Source: Octopus vulgaris (taxonomy: Eukaryota). From it: a stretch of DNA of 64,000 bases. The translations under genes and the position numbers were made by a program. The notes under the pieces were generated by a model. The model searched no databases and was not told the DNA's origin. It saw nothing but the letters and a program-made list of their open reading frames with translations. The stretch lies in contig OX597835.1 in NCBI GenBank assembly GCA_951406725.2, positions 42,718,001-42,782,000 of the forward strand, in the 5' to 3' direction. Each line of letters starts with the position of its first letter. The stretch's first letter is position 1. Of the stretch, positions 25,003 through 38,214 are shown piece by piece.

Positions 25003-26470
25003 ACCTTCGATGGGAGAGTCCATCATCATCATCATCATCATTATTTTACGGTCTGAGCTCGAATTCCACTAAGGTAATCTTTGCCTTTCATCTTTTCGGG
25101 GTTGATGAAATAAATACTAGTTATGTACTGGAGTCGATGTAATTGACTTACCCACTTCCCCTCAAATTTCAGGCCTTGTGCCTACAGTAGAAAGGATTAT
25201 TATTATTATTAAGATGGTGAGCTGGCAGAATCGGTAGCACACTCGAAGAAATGATTAGCGGTATTTCGTCTGTCGCTACATTCTGAGTTCAAATTCCACC
25301 AAGGTCGACTTTGCCTATCATCCTTTCGGGGTCGATTAAATAAGTACCAGTTATGCATTGGGGTCAATGTAATCGACTTAATCCATTTGTCTGTCCTTGT
25401 TTGTCCTCTCTGTGTTTAGCCCCTTGTGGGTAGTAAAGAAATAGGTATTTCGCCTGTCTTCATGTTCTGAGTTCAAATTCCACCGAGGTTAACTTTGCTT
25501 TTATCCTTTTAGGGTCAATAAATTAAGTACCAGTGAAACACTGGGGTTGATGTAATTGACAAGTTTCCAGTACTCCAGATTTCAGGCCTTGTGCCTATTG
25601 TAGAAAGGATTATTATTATTATTATTATTATTTTGGCACATAAGAGAACCATCCGAACGTGGCCATAGCCAGCACCGCCCTGACTGGCCTCCGTGCCGGT
25701 GGCACGTAAAAAGCACCAACCGATCGTGGCTGTTGCCAGCCTCCCCTGGCACCTGTGCCGGTGGCACGTAAAAAGTACCCACTACACTCACGGAGTGGTT
25801 GGCGTTAGGAAGGGCATCCAGCTGTAGAAACACTGCCAGATCAGACTGGAGCCTGGTGCAGCCTTCTGGCTTCCCAGACCCCAGTTGAACCGTCCAACCC
25901 ATGCTAGCATGGAAAGCGGACGTTAAACGATGATGATGATTATTATTATTATTATTAATATTTTAACTCAGGTTTCGTTAGAACTCCTGGGGTCTTGCAT
26001 GTGTAGTGGGCTTGCTTCCTGCTGCCTATGGTTAACTGTTATCTGTTCTTTTCAGCTAATACTTTCCTGATGATCCTGGCCATGCCAAGGAGGCAAACGT
26101 TTTGTAACAGTTCTACGGGGCACCCTATTCTGGTTTCCTTTACATCCCTCTTGATGCCTTCTGATTTTGTCTCCAAGGACCCAACAATAATTGGCATTTT
26201 CTTCACCTTCATTTTCCACAATTGAGCCATCTTGTATTTAAGAGAATTGCACATGTCTAATTTTTGGTTTTCCTTCATGTATCAAAGGGTCACATAACAT
26301 TAGTAAGAAAGGACATTATTAAAGTGGAGGGTTGGCAGAATCATTAGCATACTGGTCAAAATGCTTAGCAACATTTCATCCATCTTTACGTTCTGAGTTC
26401 AAATCCCGCCAAGGTCAACTTTGCCTTTCATCCTTTCAGGGTTGATAAATTAAGTACCAGTTGCATACAG

Positions 26471-26808
26471 TGGAGGCCCATGGCTGAGTGGTTAGAGCAG
26501 CAGACTCGCGGTCGAGGGATCGCGAGTTCGAGTTTCAGACCAGGCGATGTGTGTGTTTATGAGTGAAACACCTAAGCTCCACGCGGCTCCACGCGGCTCC
26601 ACGCGGCTCCCCGCGGCTCCAGCAGAAGGCAAAGGCGAACTTCTGCTGACTCTTTTGGCACAACTTTCTCTCGCTCTTTCCTCCTGCATCTTGCAGCTCA
26701 CCTGCGACGGACCGGCGTCTCGTCCAGATGGGGAACCTATACGCCAAGAAACTGGGAAACCGGCCCTTATGAGCCAGGCATGGCTTGAGAAGGAACAAAT
26801 ATATATAT
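26471..26808 (+). mobile_element. tRNA-derived SINE with (ctccacgcgg)x4, nested in a SINE C
   Basis: A-box tggctgagtggtt, B-box gagttcgagtttc; TSD agttgcatacag on both sides. Confidence 0.85.
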
Positions 26809-26881
26809 AGTTGCATACAGGAGTTGATCTAACCAACTGGCTCCCTCCACCAAAATTTCAGGCCTTGTGCCTATATTAGAA

Positions 26882-27013
<132 letters not shown>

Positions 27014-27714
27014 TTCTAGTCTTATTTTTATCACTTGCTTTCACTGCACCGCTAAGCACAACTCTTTGTGTCTTTGGTATGCGTTGTGGTTTGTTTTGGT
27101 GTTGTTATTTTCATGGCATTGAAAGAGTTTCATGTAGGATGCATGTGGTGCTTAGTAGTGCTATTTTCTGTCAAACACCCTGGAGATGGAGATTCTCCTG
27201 GAACAAGAAAACTGCATCATTCTTGTGTTCACATGCTTTGCATAACAATCTGTCTACCATGTGCAATCTGCTGGTGAGTTTCTTTTTGCTTAAAGTCCCC
27301 CATTTCTTGGGGTCTCGTTGATATTTTACATTGGAAAGTTTGTTCTCTCATCATTATTTTTTGTTGATGGTGTCAGCTGTAGTTGAGAAGTACATCAGTG
27401 GAGAGACTGGGAGAATTTGCAGAGAACAATGGTGATGTTATGAAGGAGGTGAAAGCGTACAGTATTGAATTTCTTATTAGAATAGGAATACTGCATAACT
27501 GGGTGAGAGATCTGTGTTGTTACATTTGTCATTTAGCTGAGTACCTTTGCACCACAGGACTGCCCAATCAGGACATGCCTGGAACATGAACAACAACGAC
27601 AGTAACAACAATAACAACAACAACAACAACAACAATGGTAGCAACAACCATAAAAATAAACAGCAGCAACAACATTATTTGCACATCAGTCAAGTGTCTG
27701 AATCAAATATTTAA

Positions 27715-28168
27715 CCCTTTAACATTAAAATCGGCTGTATCTGGCACAAATACTTTCCCTATTTAATGTTCAGACTTCACCTATTTAATATAGGTGTGAG
27801 AGGCCAGATCCAGCCTCTCACACCTATCCTACTATGTCATCCTAAAATAAACAATCGCATCACTGAAATCTCAAATCTATAAGATAATGCATAGTTAATT
27901 CAAAACGCTGCAAATAGATAAGGATTATATTTGACAGACTAATCGAAATGCTAAGGGTTTCAACCAGCCATTTTCAACCCAAATATTTCACCCATTTAAT
28001 GTTTAGACTGGCCAGATTCGGTTTCTCACACCTACCCTACAATGTCATTCTAAACATATTGCAATCACATCATTGAAATCTCAAAGCTATAAGGTAATGC
28101 ATAATTAATACAAAACAAACTGAATAAATAAGGATTACATTTGACAGAGTAATCTGAATGCTAAAGGG
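27715..28168. mobile_element. piggyBac-like MITE, internally dimeric
   Basis: TTAA|CCCTTTAACATT ... AATGCTAAAGGG|TTAA termini; ~230-bp internal repeat. Confidence 0.75.
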
Positions 28169-28186
28169 TTAAAGGGTTAGACAAAC

Positions 28187-28504
28187 CTTGTGAGGAACTT
28201 TCTGGCGCGACTGACGATTTTAGAAAGCTAGATGTAGATAGCTGATCCTGTTTTGCCTGTAAATTTTTTGCTTTCTCACTGTCAGTCATTTGAAGAGAGT
28301 CTTTTTGTAAGCTATCAGCACTATGGACTCCGTCCCTTGCTATGCCATCCACAAGATCTGCCGAATCTTTTAGACTTTTGGCACGAGCACCTTGTCGGTC
28401 AACAGCTGACTCTCTAGAAGCACTTTCGAATTCAAAGGTTGGAAGACTTTCGAATCTCACTTTGGAAGTGCTGCCCTCAGGTTCTTGGACTGCTTTCAAG
28501 CGGT
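28187..28504 (-). CDS. Host gene exon 11: DRLKAVQEPEGSTSKVRFESLP...APESSSQ
   Basis: ttctaattccag acceptor, AAG|GTTTGT donor, 318 nt, phase 1/1; ORF 28161..28616. Confidence 0.88.
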
Positions 28505-29187
28505 CTGGAATTAGAAAAATAAGGTTGGTATTTAGTATGTGTTTAGTAAGAAATGAAGTAGAATCGGTATCATATGTGAAGAAAATGGTATTACGATGAG
28601 ATATAAACTGTAGCATGTGATAACAGACAGGGTATGAGGTGGAGTATGGGATCAGGAAAGGATGTCAAATGAATTATGCAAAACTGGGACAGGATATCAA
28701 CTGAATTATGAGATTAGGACTGGATATTATCTGAATTAGGAATGGAAGAGGATATCAACAGTATAGGCCTGATGAATCAGGCTAATTTCAAGTACTACAA
28801 CAACAATAACAACAACAACATGACCAATGGAAGTATGAAAAAGAAACACAGGCATGAGTGTGCATTTAGCAACCTTGCTTCTTAACCATGCGATCTTGGG
28901 TTCAGTCCCACCGCATGGTATATTGGGCAAGTCTAGCCTCGTCTTCTGGTATAGCTTTGGTCAACCTATAGGTTGACTAAAGTTTTGTGAGTGAATTTGG
29001 TTGGTGGAAACTGAAAGAAGCCCATGGCTGAGTGGAAAGAAGCTTGCTTCCCAACCACATGGTTCAGGGTTCAGTCCCACTGAGTAACACCTTGGGTAAG
29101 TGTCTTCTAGTATAGCCTCAGGCCGACCAAAGCCTTCTGAGTGAATTTGGTAGACGGAATGTATATGTGTGTATATATATATATGTA

Positions 29188-29255
<68 letters not shown>

Positions 29256-29385
29256 CTCTCTCTCTTTCGGAGAGGCACAAGCACCTACACGCACATATAC
29301 ACACACGGCAGTAACTTCCGCCTGCCGAATTTAATCTCAAAGCTTCGGTCGGCTCGAGGCAATAGCGGAAGACACCTACCCAAAG

Positions 29386-29422
<37 letters not shown>

Positions 29423-29426
<4 letters not shown>

Positions 29427-29610
29427 GAATTTGTAGAAAAACAAAAGACGAAGACAGGTGGTGTAGACAACAAACAGATGTATTAGTTTAACATTCGGGA
29501 AGTGAGAAAGTCTTTAACGTTTTGAGCCTTTGCTCTTCGACAGAAAGGAACACAGAAATAAACAGGGAGCAAAAATATAAAAAAAAGGTTTAGTGGCTAG
29601 CAATCTATCT
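29423..29610 (-). mobile_element. Penelope-like 3' end with a variant hammerhead motif (29512-29547), ending in (TA)n
   Basis: cttt-CTGTCGA-A-GAGC-aaag-GCTC-AAAAC-GTTA-aag; homologous to 63700-63860. Confidence 0.6.
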
Positions 29611-29985
29611 TCTATCTTTTCTCTTTTCAAAGAAAATATTTCTCCCAGCATTCACTATTTTCCTCTTGTTCTGGTCTAACGTCCCTCAATGTTTGTTTTT
29701 GTTCGGTTTCCTTGTATGTCTCTACTGTCCTGTTTTTGTTCCTAACTTTGACCCTCCATAAATCCCAAATTTTATTTTGGCATTTATGAGAGCAACTGTC
29801 TTTGAAGACTCATATTGTTGCTGAATGCTCGAAATGAGAAGCAGGTAGACAGCCGACAACTGATGAGGGGTCCTTTCTCTGTGTTACTTGTCCTGTTTTC
29901 CATTTTTCTCTTGTTTTCGTATTGGACTCCTTTGTTTTCCTATTTCATATTGTTTACACAGCTGGTGACATCCTGTACCCATATA

Positions 29986-30029
<44 letters not shown>

Positions 30030-30031
<2 letters not shown>

Positions 30032-30542
30032 ATAGTTATCGCCATACTAATATGGCAGTCTATAAATAAGACTAAAGCTGTCGCTGATTAGCTCCAAGAG
30101 GCCATCGCCTCTAGCTAGCTATTTGACACACGAACTTGCGTCCATTACAACCTTCGAACAGGGAGGTCAGCCGCTTCACCTTGCTACTCAGACATCTGCA
30201 GACATGTTTCAGGGTTGTTGCCCTTTATCAATGCAGCATAGCCAGAACCAGCAGGTGTCGCTACTGACCGTCTGTTCGAAGATTTTATTTACCTAGTTAC
30301 AGTGGAATACATCCACTTGTTTTCAATAATAGAAATATTAAAATTACTAAGTCTCTCTAAAGGAGATTACATCAGCGTTACTGGATATTAATAGTTATCG
30401 GCTGACCTCCCCTGTTCAAAGGTTGTAATGGACGCAGGTTCGTGTGTCAAATAGCTAGCTAGAGGCGATGGCCTCTTGGAGCTAATCAGCGACAGCTTTA
30501 GTCTTATATTTATAGACTGCTATATTAGAATGGCGATAACTA

Positions 30543-30545
<3 letters not shown>
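30030..30545 (-). mobile_element. Fold-back element with ~145-bp inverted arms in (TA)n, internal degenerate hammerhead (30196-30236)
   Basis: Arms 30030-30173 / 30399-30545; ctgca-TTGATAA-aggg..ccct-GAAA-CATG-TC-tgcag. Confidence 0.75.
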
Positions 30546-30593
<48 letters not shown>

Positions 30594-30609
30594 GTATATA
30601 TATGTATAT

Positions 30610-30812
30610 GAGCGCGTGTGTACCATTGGCGATTTTTTTTTTCCTTCGTCTTCCCTTCCTTGGTTCTTTCCTTTTCCTATGTTTCTGACGAAGAGCTCTG
30701 CTTGAAACGTTAAACCCTCCTTCTTTCCTGAGCATCCAATAATACTATACTTGTTCCACGTCCTTGTGTTGCTGTGTTTTCTCTTTGTGTTTTCATGTTT
30801 GGATTAACTTTA
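30610..30812 (+). mobile_element. Penelope-like 3' end with hammerhead motif (30681-30715)
   Basis: gttt-CTGACGA-A-GAGC-tct-GCTT-GAAAC-GTTA-aac; ends in (TA)n. Confidence 0.6.
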
Positions 30813-30915
30813 TATATATATATAAATCTGAAGATTAAAAATCGGATTTTTTAAAATATGCTCAGCCGATGGTTTTAATTGATTAATACCAATTTCTACC
30901 CTAATTATTTAATTT

Positions 30916-30955
<40 letters not shown>

Positions 30956-31529
30956 ATTCGAGCGTGGCACCTGTGTCCGTGGCACATAAAAAGACACCAT
31001 CCGAGCGTGGGCGTTCGCCAGCCTCGTCTGGCACCTGTGTCCGTGGCACATAAAAAGACACCATCCGAGCGTGGCCGTTTGCCAGCCTTGTCTGGCACCT
31101 GTGTCGGTGGCACATAAAAAGCACCCACTACACTCACGGAGTGGTTGGCGTTAGGAAGGGCATCCAGCTGTAGAAACACTGCCAGATCTGACTGGCCTGG
31201 TGCAGCCTTCGGGGTTCCCAGACCCCAGTTGAACCGTCCAACCCATGCTAGCATGGAAAGCGGACGTTAAACGATGATGATGATGATGATGATATATATA
31301 TCTGGCAGACACGTTAGCGCCCCGGGCGGAATGCTTCGCAGTATTTCGTCTGTCGTTACGTTCTGAGTTCAAATTCCGCCGAGGTCGACTTTTCCTTTCA
31401 TCCTTTCGGGGTCGATAAATAAAAGTACCAGTCTCGCACTGGGGTCGATGTAATCGACTTAATCCCTTTGTTTGTCCTCTCTATGTTTAGCCCCTTGTGG
31501 GCAATAAAGAAATATATATATATATATAT

Positions 31530-31950
31530 AGGCGCAGGAGTGGCTGTGTGGTAAGTAGCTTGCTATCCAACCACATGGTTCCGGGTTCAGTCCCACTGCG
31601 TGGCATCTTGGGCAAGTGTCTTCTGCTATAGACCCGGGCTGACCAATGCCTTGTGAGTGGATTTGGTAGACGGAAACTGAAAGAAGCCTGTCGTATATAT
31701 GTATATATATATATATGTATGTATGTGTATGTTTGTGTGTCTGTGTTTGTCCCCCTAGCATTGCTTGACAACTGATGCTGGTGTGTTTATATCCCCGTCA
31801 CTTAGCGGTTCAGCAAAAGAGACCGATAGAATAAGTACTGGGCTGACAAAGAATAAGTCCAGGGGTCGATTTGCTCGACTAAAGGCGGTGCTCCAGCATG
31901 GCCACAGTCAAATGACTGAAACAAGTAAAAGAGTAAAAGAGTAAAAGAGA
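31530..31950 (+). mobile_element. Full-length tRNA-derived SINE family A; further copies at about 5590(-), 32435(-), 32996(+), 33728(+), 34835(+), 41480(-), 42355(-), 42905(-), 55748(-), 58555(-), 62083(-), 62455(+)
   Basis: Head ggcgcaggagtggctgtgtggt (A box), ggttcagtccc (B-box-like), internal (TA/TG)n, tail (gtaaaaga)n. Confidence 0.9.
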
Positions 31951-33469
31951 TATATTATTATTATTTATATTATTATATATATATTTAGCAGTACACTGCT
32001 GGCATGTCCTGAAGCCTCTGTGCCACTGATGGAGGATGATTTTGTGATCTTCTTTCATAAGGAGGGGCGGTACAGAGCTTTCTGAAGAAGCTAGAGGGCC
32101 GGAGGGAGGGGGTCCTGTCCTGGACTGAAGATCCAGATTGGCCTCCACAGGTAACTGCAGAGGTCATAACGGAGGATGATATGTTAAGGGTGATGGACTC
32201 CTTTCCCAAGGACCAGTATAGGGTTTACCTTTTGGAGCCCAGACTAGGAACAGCAGGATTGCCTGCAGGAGGCATATAGCCTGGTCAGGGAGGAAAGATA
32301 AGAAGCCTTAGTGCCCCAATTTGAATTTGTATTGTTTGTATTTTTTTGGTAAGAGGCTCAGTGCCTCAATTTTTAAGGACAATGGTGTCCAGTTTTTGAA
32401 CTGAGGTAAGAGGTTCAATACCTCCTTTTGTTATACTCTTTACACTTTTACTTGTTTCAGTCATTTTGACTGCGGCCTTGCTGGAGCACTGCCTTTAGTT
32501 GAGCAAATCGACCCCGGGACTTATTCTTTGTAAGCCCAGTACTTATTCTATCGGTCTCTTTTGCCGAACCGCTGAGTGACAGCGAAGTAAACACACCAGC
32601 ATCGGTTGTCAAGCGATGCTAGGGGGACAAACACAGTCACACAAACATACACACACATATATATATATACATATATACGACGGGCTTCTTTCAGTTTCCG
32701 TCTACCAAATCCACTCACAAGGCTTTGGTCGGCCCGAGACTATAGTAGAAGACACTTGCCCAAGATGCCACACAGTGGGACTGAACCCGGAACCATGTGG
32801 TTGGTTAGCAAGCTACTTACCACACAGCCACTCCTGTTGTAAAAAAAAAGAGAATAATGTTTCCGAGAATGCAACAATTGGCGGGGATTGTTTGCTTCTC
32901 CTACCAACCATTTTTTCATTCCGTTATCATAGTGTTTTTGTCCAGCCTGCAGCAACATCTTTGTAAGGGGCTGCATAGCCAATTTTATGAAATAAAGTAG
33001 CTTGCTTACCAACCACATGGTTCCAGGTTCAGTTCCATTGCATGGCACCTTGGGCAAGTGTCTTCAGCTATAGCCTTGGGCCAGCCAAAGGAAACTGAAA
33101 GAAGCCTGTCATATATATATATGTATGTGTGTTTGTGTGTGTGCGCGCGTGTGTGTGTGTGCATGTGTGTGTGTGTGCATGTGTGTGTGTATGCATGCGT
33201 GCATGTGTGTGTGTGTGTGCACGTGTGTCTATGCATGCGTGTGTGTGTCTGTGTTTGTCCCTCCAGCATAGCTTGACAACTGATGTTGGTGTGTTTACAT
33301 CCCTGTAACTTAGCGGTTTGGCAAAAGTGACTGATAGAATAAGTACTAGGTTGACAAAGAATAAGTCGTGGGGTTGATTTGTTCAACCAAAGGCAGCGCT
33401 CCAGTAGGCTGCAGTCAAATAAGTAAAACAAATAAAAGAATAAAAGAATATATATATATACTGTATGTA

Positions 33470-33514
<45 letters not shown>

Positions 33515-33893
33515 TGTATATCTGTATACTGTGTATATATATATATAATCACTACACGTTTCCATACAACATAAATCTACATATATACAGTATATATATA
33601 TATGTGTGTGTGTGTGTGCTTGTGTGTGTACTGTATGTATGTTGAATGGAAGCGTGTGTAGTGTGATTATTAAATAACTATCTAACTGCACTTCTTGTTG
33701 ACCCTTATCTTATTTAATTATATATATAGGCGCAGGAGTGGCTGTGTGGTAAGTAGTTTGCTAACCAACCACATGGTTCCGGGTTCAGTCCCACTGCGTG
33801 GCATCTTGGTTAAGTGCCTTCTGCTATAGCCCCGGGCCGACCAATGCCTTGTGAGTGGATTTGGTAGACGGAAACTGAAAGAAGCCTGTCGTA

Positions 33894-33944
<51 letters not shown>

Positions 33945-33970
33945 ATGTATGCATGTATATATGTATGTAT

Positions 33971-34527
33971 GCGTCGGGTCACTTTCGAGTGCTACTGGTA
34001 ACATGTAACCCAGTACAACCTGTTGCATGGTCGGGTCTTCGGTGACTAAACCGGCAACCCCACCAAGCTTGCTTGGTGAGGAGGGTATTTATTGGACACC
34101 CTGGGGGATGAAAAACAAAACCCGTCAAAGGATGGAGGAACTCTTGAGAGTCAACAGCCATCCAATAAATGTCTTAAGGATGTATCATGCGTGAGGACAT
34201 AGAAATAATCGGACTGAATACCCGATCGGGTGGTTAAACCATTGGGAGTGAAGGACTCCTAGCCTTTGTTAGGGCATCCTTCTAGGAGAAGGTAACTCAG
34301 GTAACTGGGATGACTCCGACATAAAACCTGCGGCTCAGTGGTTACCGATGATGTTGACTTGATCTTCTTTTCGTATTATGGCTGCTGTTGCTTAGTGAGT
34401 GGAATTGACTCAGTGCACAGCCTTTCCTCACTTTAAAAAAAAATCTTCTTGCACAGACATTGCACGATAACAATATTGATTAAGCTTTGCGCAATGGCCA
34501 TACTCGATAACGAGAGGGCAGCCACCA
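33971..34527 (+). mobile_element. Short non-coding RTE-derived element inserted in the microsatellite of a SINE A
   Basis: gggcatccttctaggagaaggtaactc resembles RTE 5'UTR motifs; flanked by atgtatgtatg. Confidence 0.5.
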
Positions 34528-35000
34528 TGTATGTATGTATGTATGTTTTTGTGTCTATATTTATCCTTCACCACCAATATTGGTGTGTTTACCTCCCTAA
34601 TACTTAGTGGTTTGGCAAAAGATATCGGTAAAATAAATTCCAGGCTTTAAAAAAACAAACTACTGGGGTCAGTTCATTCGACAAAAAATTCTTCAATGCG
34701 GTGCCCCAGCGTGGCCACACTCAATGACTGAAACAAGTAAAAGATAAAAGATTATCTGTCTAAATCTATGTATCTTCTATATACTTATAAAAAGCAAGTT
34801 TGTTTGAAGATTAATCATTAATTTCACTGAGTGAATGTGTGGTAAGTGGCTTGTTTACCAACCACATGGTTCCGGATTCAGTCCCACTGCGTGGCACATT
34901 GCGAAAGTGTTTTCTACTATAGCCTCGGGCCGATCAAAGCCTTTTGAGTGGATTTGGTAGACGGAAACTGAAAGAAGCCCGTCGTATATATGTACATATA

Positions 35001-35033
<33 letters not shown>

Positions 35034-35269
35034 CTCTGTGTTTGTCCCCCCAACATCGCTTGACAACCGATGCTGGTGTGTTTACGTCCCCGTAACTTAG
35101 CGGTTCGGCAAAAGAGACCGATAGAATAAGTACTAGGCTTACAACAAAGAATAAGTCCCGGGGTCGATTTCCCTCGACTAAAGGCGGTGCTCCAGCATGG
35201 CCACAGTCAAATGATGTGAAACAAGTAAAAGTTTAAAAGAGTAAAAAATAAAATTGGTAATAAGTTAGT

Positions 35270-35288
35270 TTGTGTGTGTGTGGGGGTA

Positions 35289-35380
<92 letters not shown>

Positions 35381-35395
35381 TGTGTGTATATGTGT

Positions 35396-35438
<43 letters not shown>

Positions 35439-35467
35439 TGTGTATGTGTGTGTGTATGTGTGTGTGT

Positions 35468-35537
<70 letters not shown>

Positions 35538-35545
35538 ATGTGTGT

Positions 35546-35587
<42 letters not shown>

Positions 35588-35595
35588 TGTGTGTG
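35270..35595. repeat. (TG)n microsatellite
   Basis: Direct inspection. Confidence 0.95.
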
Positions 35596-36203
35596 TTTAT
35601 AACTGATCTGACCTCCAATATGCCTGCTGTGAACCCACGCCCACCTATCGAAAAAAGGGGTTTGGAGGTTGAGGGTAAATTACCTTTATAATTTGAAGTC
35701 GAAAACTGTAAAAATAATTTACGGTCAGCCATAAATAAGTCTTATAATATATCTTGTCAGTCAGTTAAGCTGCGAAAATAATGGCTAGAATTGCGAACGG
35801 AACGGGAATGAGAGACAGTTAGAAACGCTAAATGGAAGCCGAAACCGCAATGAAAGAAGAGTTTGTTGAGAATCAAAACACAAAACTGCAAATTCTTATC
35901 ATGAATTGAATTTAGTTTATCCATTCCATACACACACAAACACAAACACGCACACATAGATATATAAATGAAATTAGATATCAACCTCGTTTGCTTACGA
36001 AATACTATTTTCTTCTCCAACTATTGCGTGTTTTGCAGATTACATCGATCAGCAAACTGTAAACAAAAAACACACGGACGCGCACACATTTACCAAACAC
36101 ACACGCATATCTATGTGTGCGCGCATGCATAGGGGCATAGAAATATGTATGCGTATTTATAAGCGCGCACACACACACATACTCACGTGAATATGTATGT
36201 ATA

Positions 36204-36371
36204 CCGCATTTAACGTGTATAAGGAACCCCCTAATTTTGGGAGTTTAAAATTTGGAAAAAAAGGTTTTGTAAGGGATTATAATACTATCCATGTACAAAA
36301 AAAAAAACTCCCATATTTTTTTAACCTAATTTTTGACAAAAAAAGGGTTCTTTATACACGTTAAAATACGG
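36204..36371. mobile_element. Tc1/mariner-pogo-type MITE
   Basis: TA|ccgcatttaacgtgtataaggaaccc ... gggttctttatacacgttaaaatacgg|TA. Confidence 0.75.
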
Positions 36372-36397
36372 TATGTATGAGACAAATGTATATATAT

Positions 36398-36499
<102 letters not shown>

Positions 36500-36562
36500 G
36501 ATAGATAGAGAGAGAGAGAGAGAGAGATAGAAAGATAGATAGATATATATAGATATATGCAT

Positions 36563-36644
<82 letters not shown>

Positions 36645-36663
36645 ATGCATATATCTATCTATC

Positions 36664-36713
<50 letters not shown>

Positions 36714-36735
36714 ATAGATATATACATATATATAC

Positions 36736-36787
<52 letters not shown>

Positions 36788-36793
36788 TGCATA

Positions 36794-36904
<111 letters not shown>

Positions 36905-37048
36905 GTGTGTGTGTGTGTGTAAGAAAGTATGATATATGTGAGCGGAATTCTAATTTAAGCACCCAATATGTTTTGACTATTTTGAATTTTCAGAAAATTT
37001 TTTACAAATTCATGTTGTACACATGGGAATTCATGGGATTAGGCAAAA

Positions 37049-37081
<33 letters not shown>

Positions 37082-37899
37082 ATTTAAGGACGATTTAGCT
37101 GTTGTTTTTAGCAAATTTCACGACGATCAGATGGAAAAATGTTAACATGAAAAGTAATATTCTTAAGATTATAAACCTGGAAAAGTATAGGACAAGCTAT
37201 TTCACCTGGAAAAGTATAGGACAAGCTATTACTTTTAGTAAAGTAAAGAATAACAAACTTTTTCCTTAAAATATTGCAACAAGAATGCCATTTGGAAATT
37301 CCTGATTGGATTGATTCAAAAATCCAGTCTTGTTACATTCTTTGTCTTGCTGATTCTTTCTGAGAATTACAGGAAGGGCTCATGTATCTGTGGGACTCTC
37401 AGTTACTTTTATGCTGATTCAATGAATAGGGCATTTTATCGACCAAATTCTTAATTTAGCCATCACTGAATCTAATGGAAATCCATTTAAGACTGTTTAT
37501 ATGTTGAATTTCACTGAATAAAATTGGTAATAAGTTAGGTTTTTTGAGTACTTTCAACTAATCTGACCTCTGTCATGTTTACTATGGTCTGTTTTTTGGG
37601 GCTGCAAACAGTTCTGGGGTCGGGTATAAATTAGCTTTACAATTTGAAGTTTGAAAGTGTGGAAAGTGGAAAGATAACTTATGAACACTGCAAATTTCAT
37701 TTTGAAAATAATCAAAAATTTTGACAGATTTAGTAAAATAATGAACAACATAATTCAATTTTTTGTTAGTATTTTTTAAACAAAATTTGATGTGAGATTT
37801 TAATGTGAATAAGAGCAGTTTATGCATATTTTGTATCAGAGAAGTAGATGGGATTGCAGGTAGGGTCAGGGCAAAAAATGATTGGAATAAATATCTCAC

Positions 37900-37949
37900 C
37901 TTTCTCAGCACTTTCTCCAGAAACATCTTTACTCGCTTTGTGTGTGGAA
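37900..37949 (-). CDS. Host gene exon 10: STHKASKDVSGESAEK
   Basis: ttttatcctatag acceptor, AAG|GTGAGA donor; phase 2 to 1, bridging exons 9 and 11. Confidence 0.8.
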
Positions 37950-38214
37950 CTATAGGATAAAATGAAGATGTTAACTACACAAGAGATTGTCATGTGGTGT
38001 CAGTAAATGTTTTTTTTTAAATTTTTTATTTCTTACTTGTCTCAGTCATTTGATTGCAGCCATGCTGGAGCACCCCCAGGACATATTTTTCTTTTCATAT
38101 TCTATCAGACTTTTTTGCCAAACTACTAAGTTACAGGGATGTAAATACACCAACACCAGTTGTCAAGCAGTTGTGTGGGGGACAAACACAGACACAAAGA
38201 CACACACATAGATA

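Noticed and set aside
26471-26545. Functional tRNA gene (also 12747 and 43530)
   Set aside because: tRNA-like parts of repeats with imperfect cloverleaves; the SINE copies have bodies and TSDs
29795-29870. Hammerhead at TTGAAGA...GAAA...GTA
   Set aside because: Stem I pairs but stems II and III do not; too decayed to call
37567-37634. Candidate exon ANLYPTPELFAAPKNRP
   Set aside because: In-frame TAG before the donor; exons 10 and 11 join without it; an alternative terminal exon cannot be excluded
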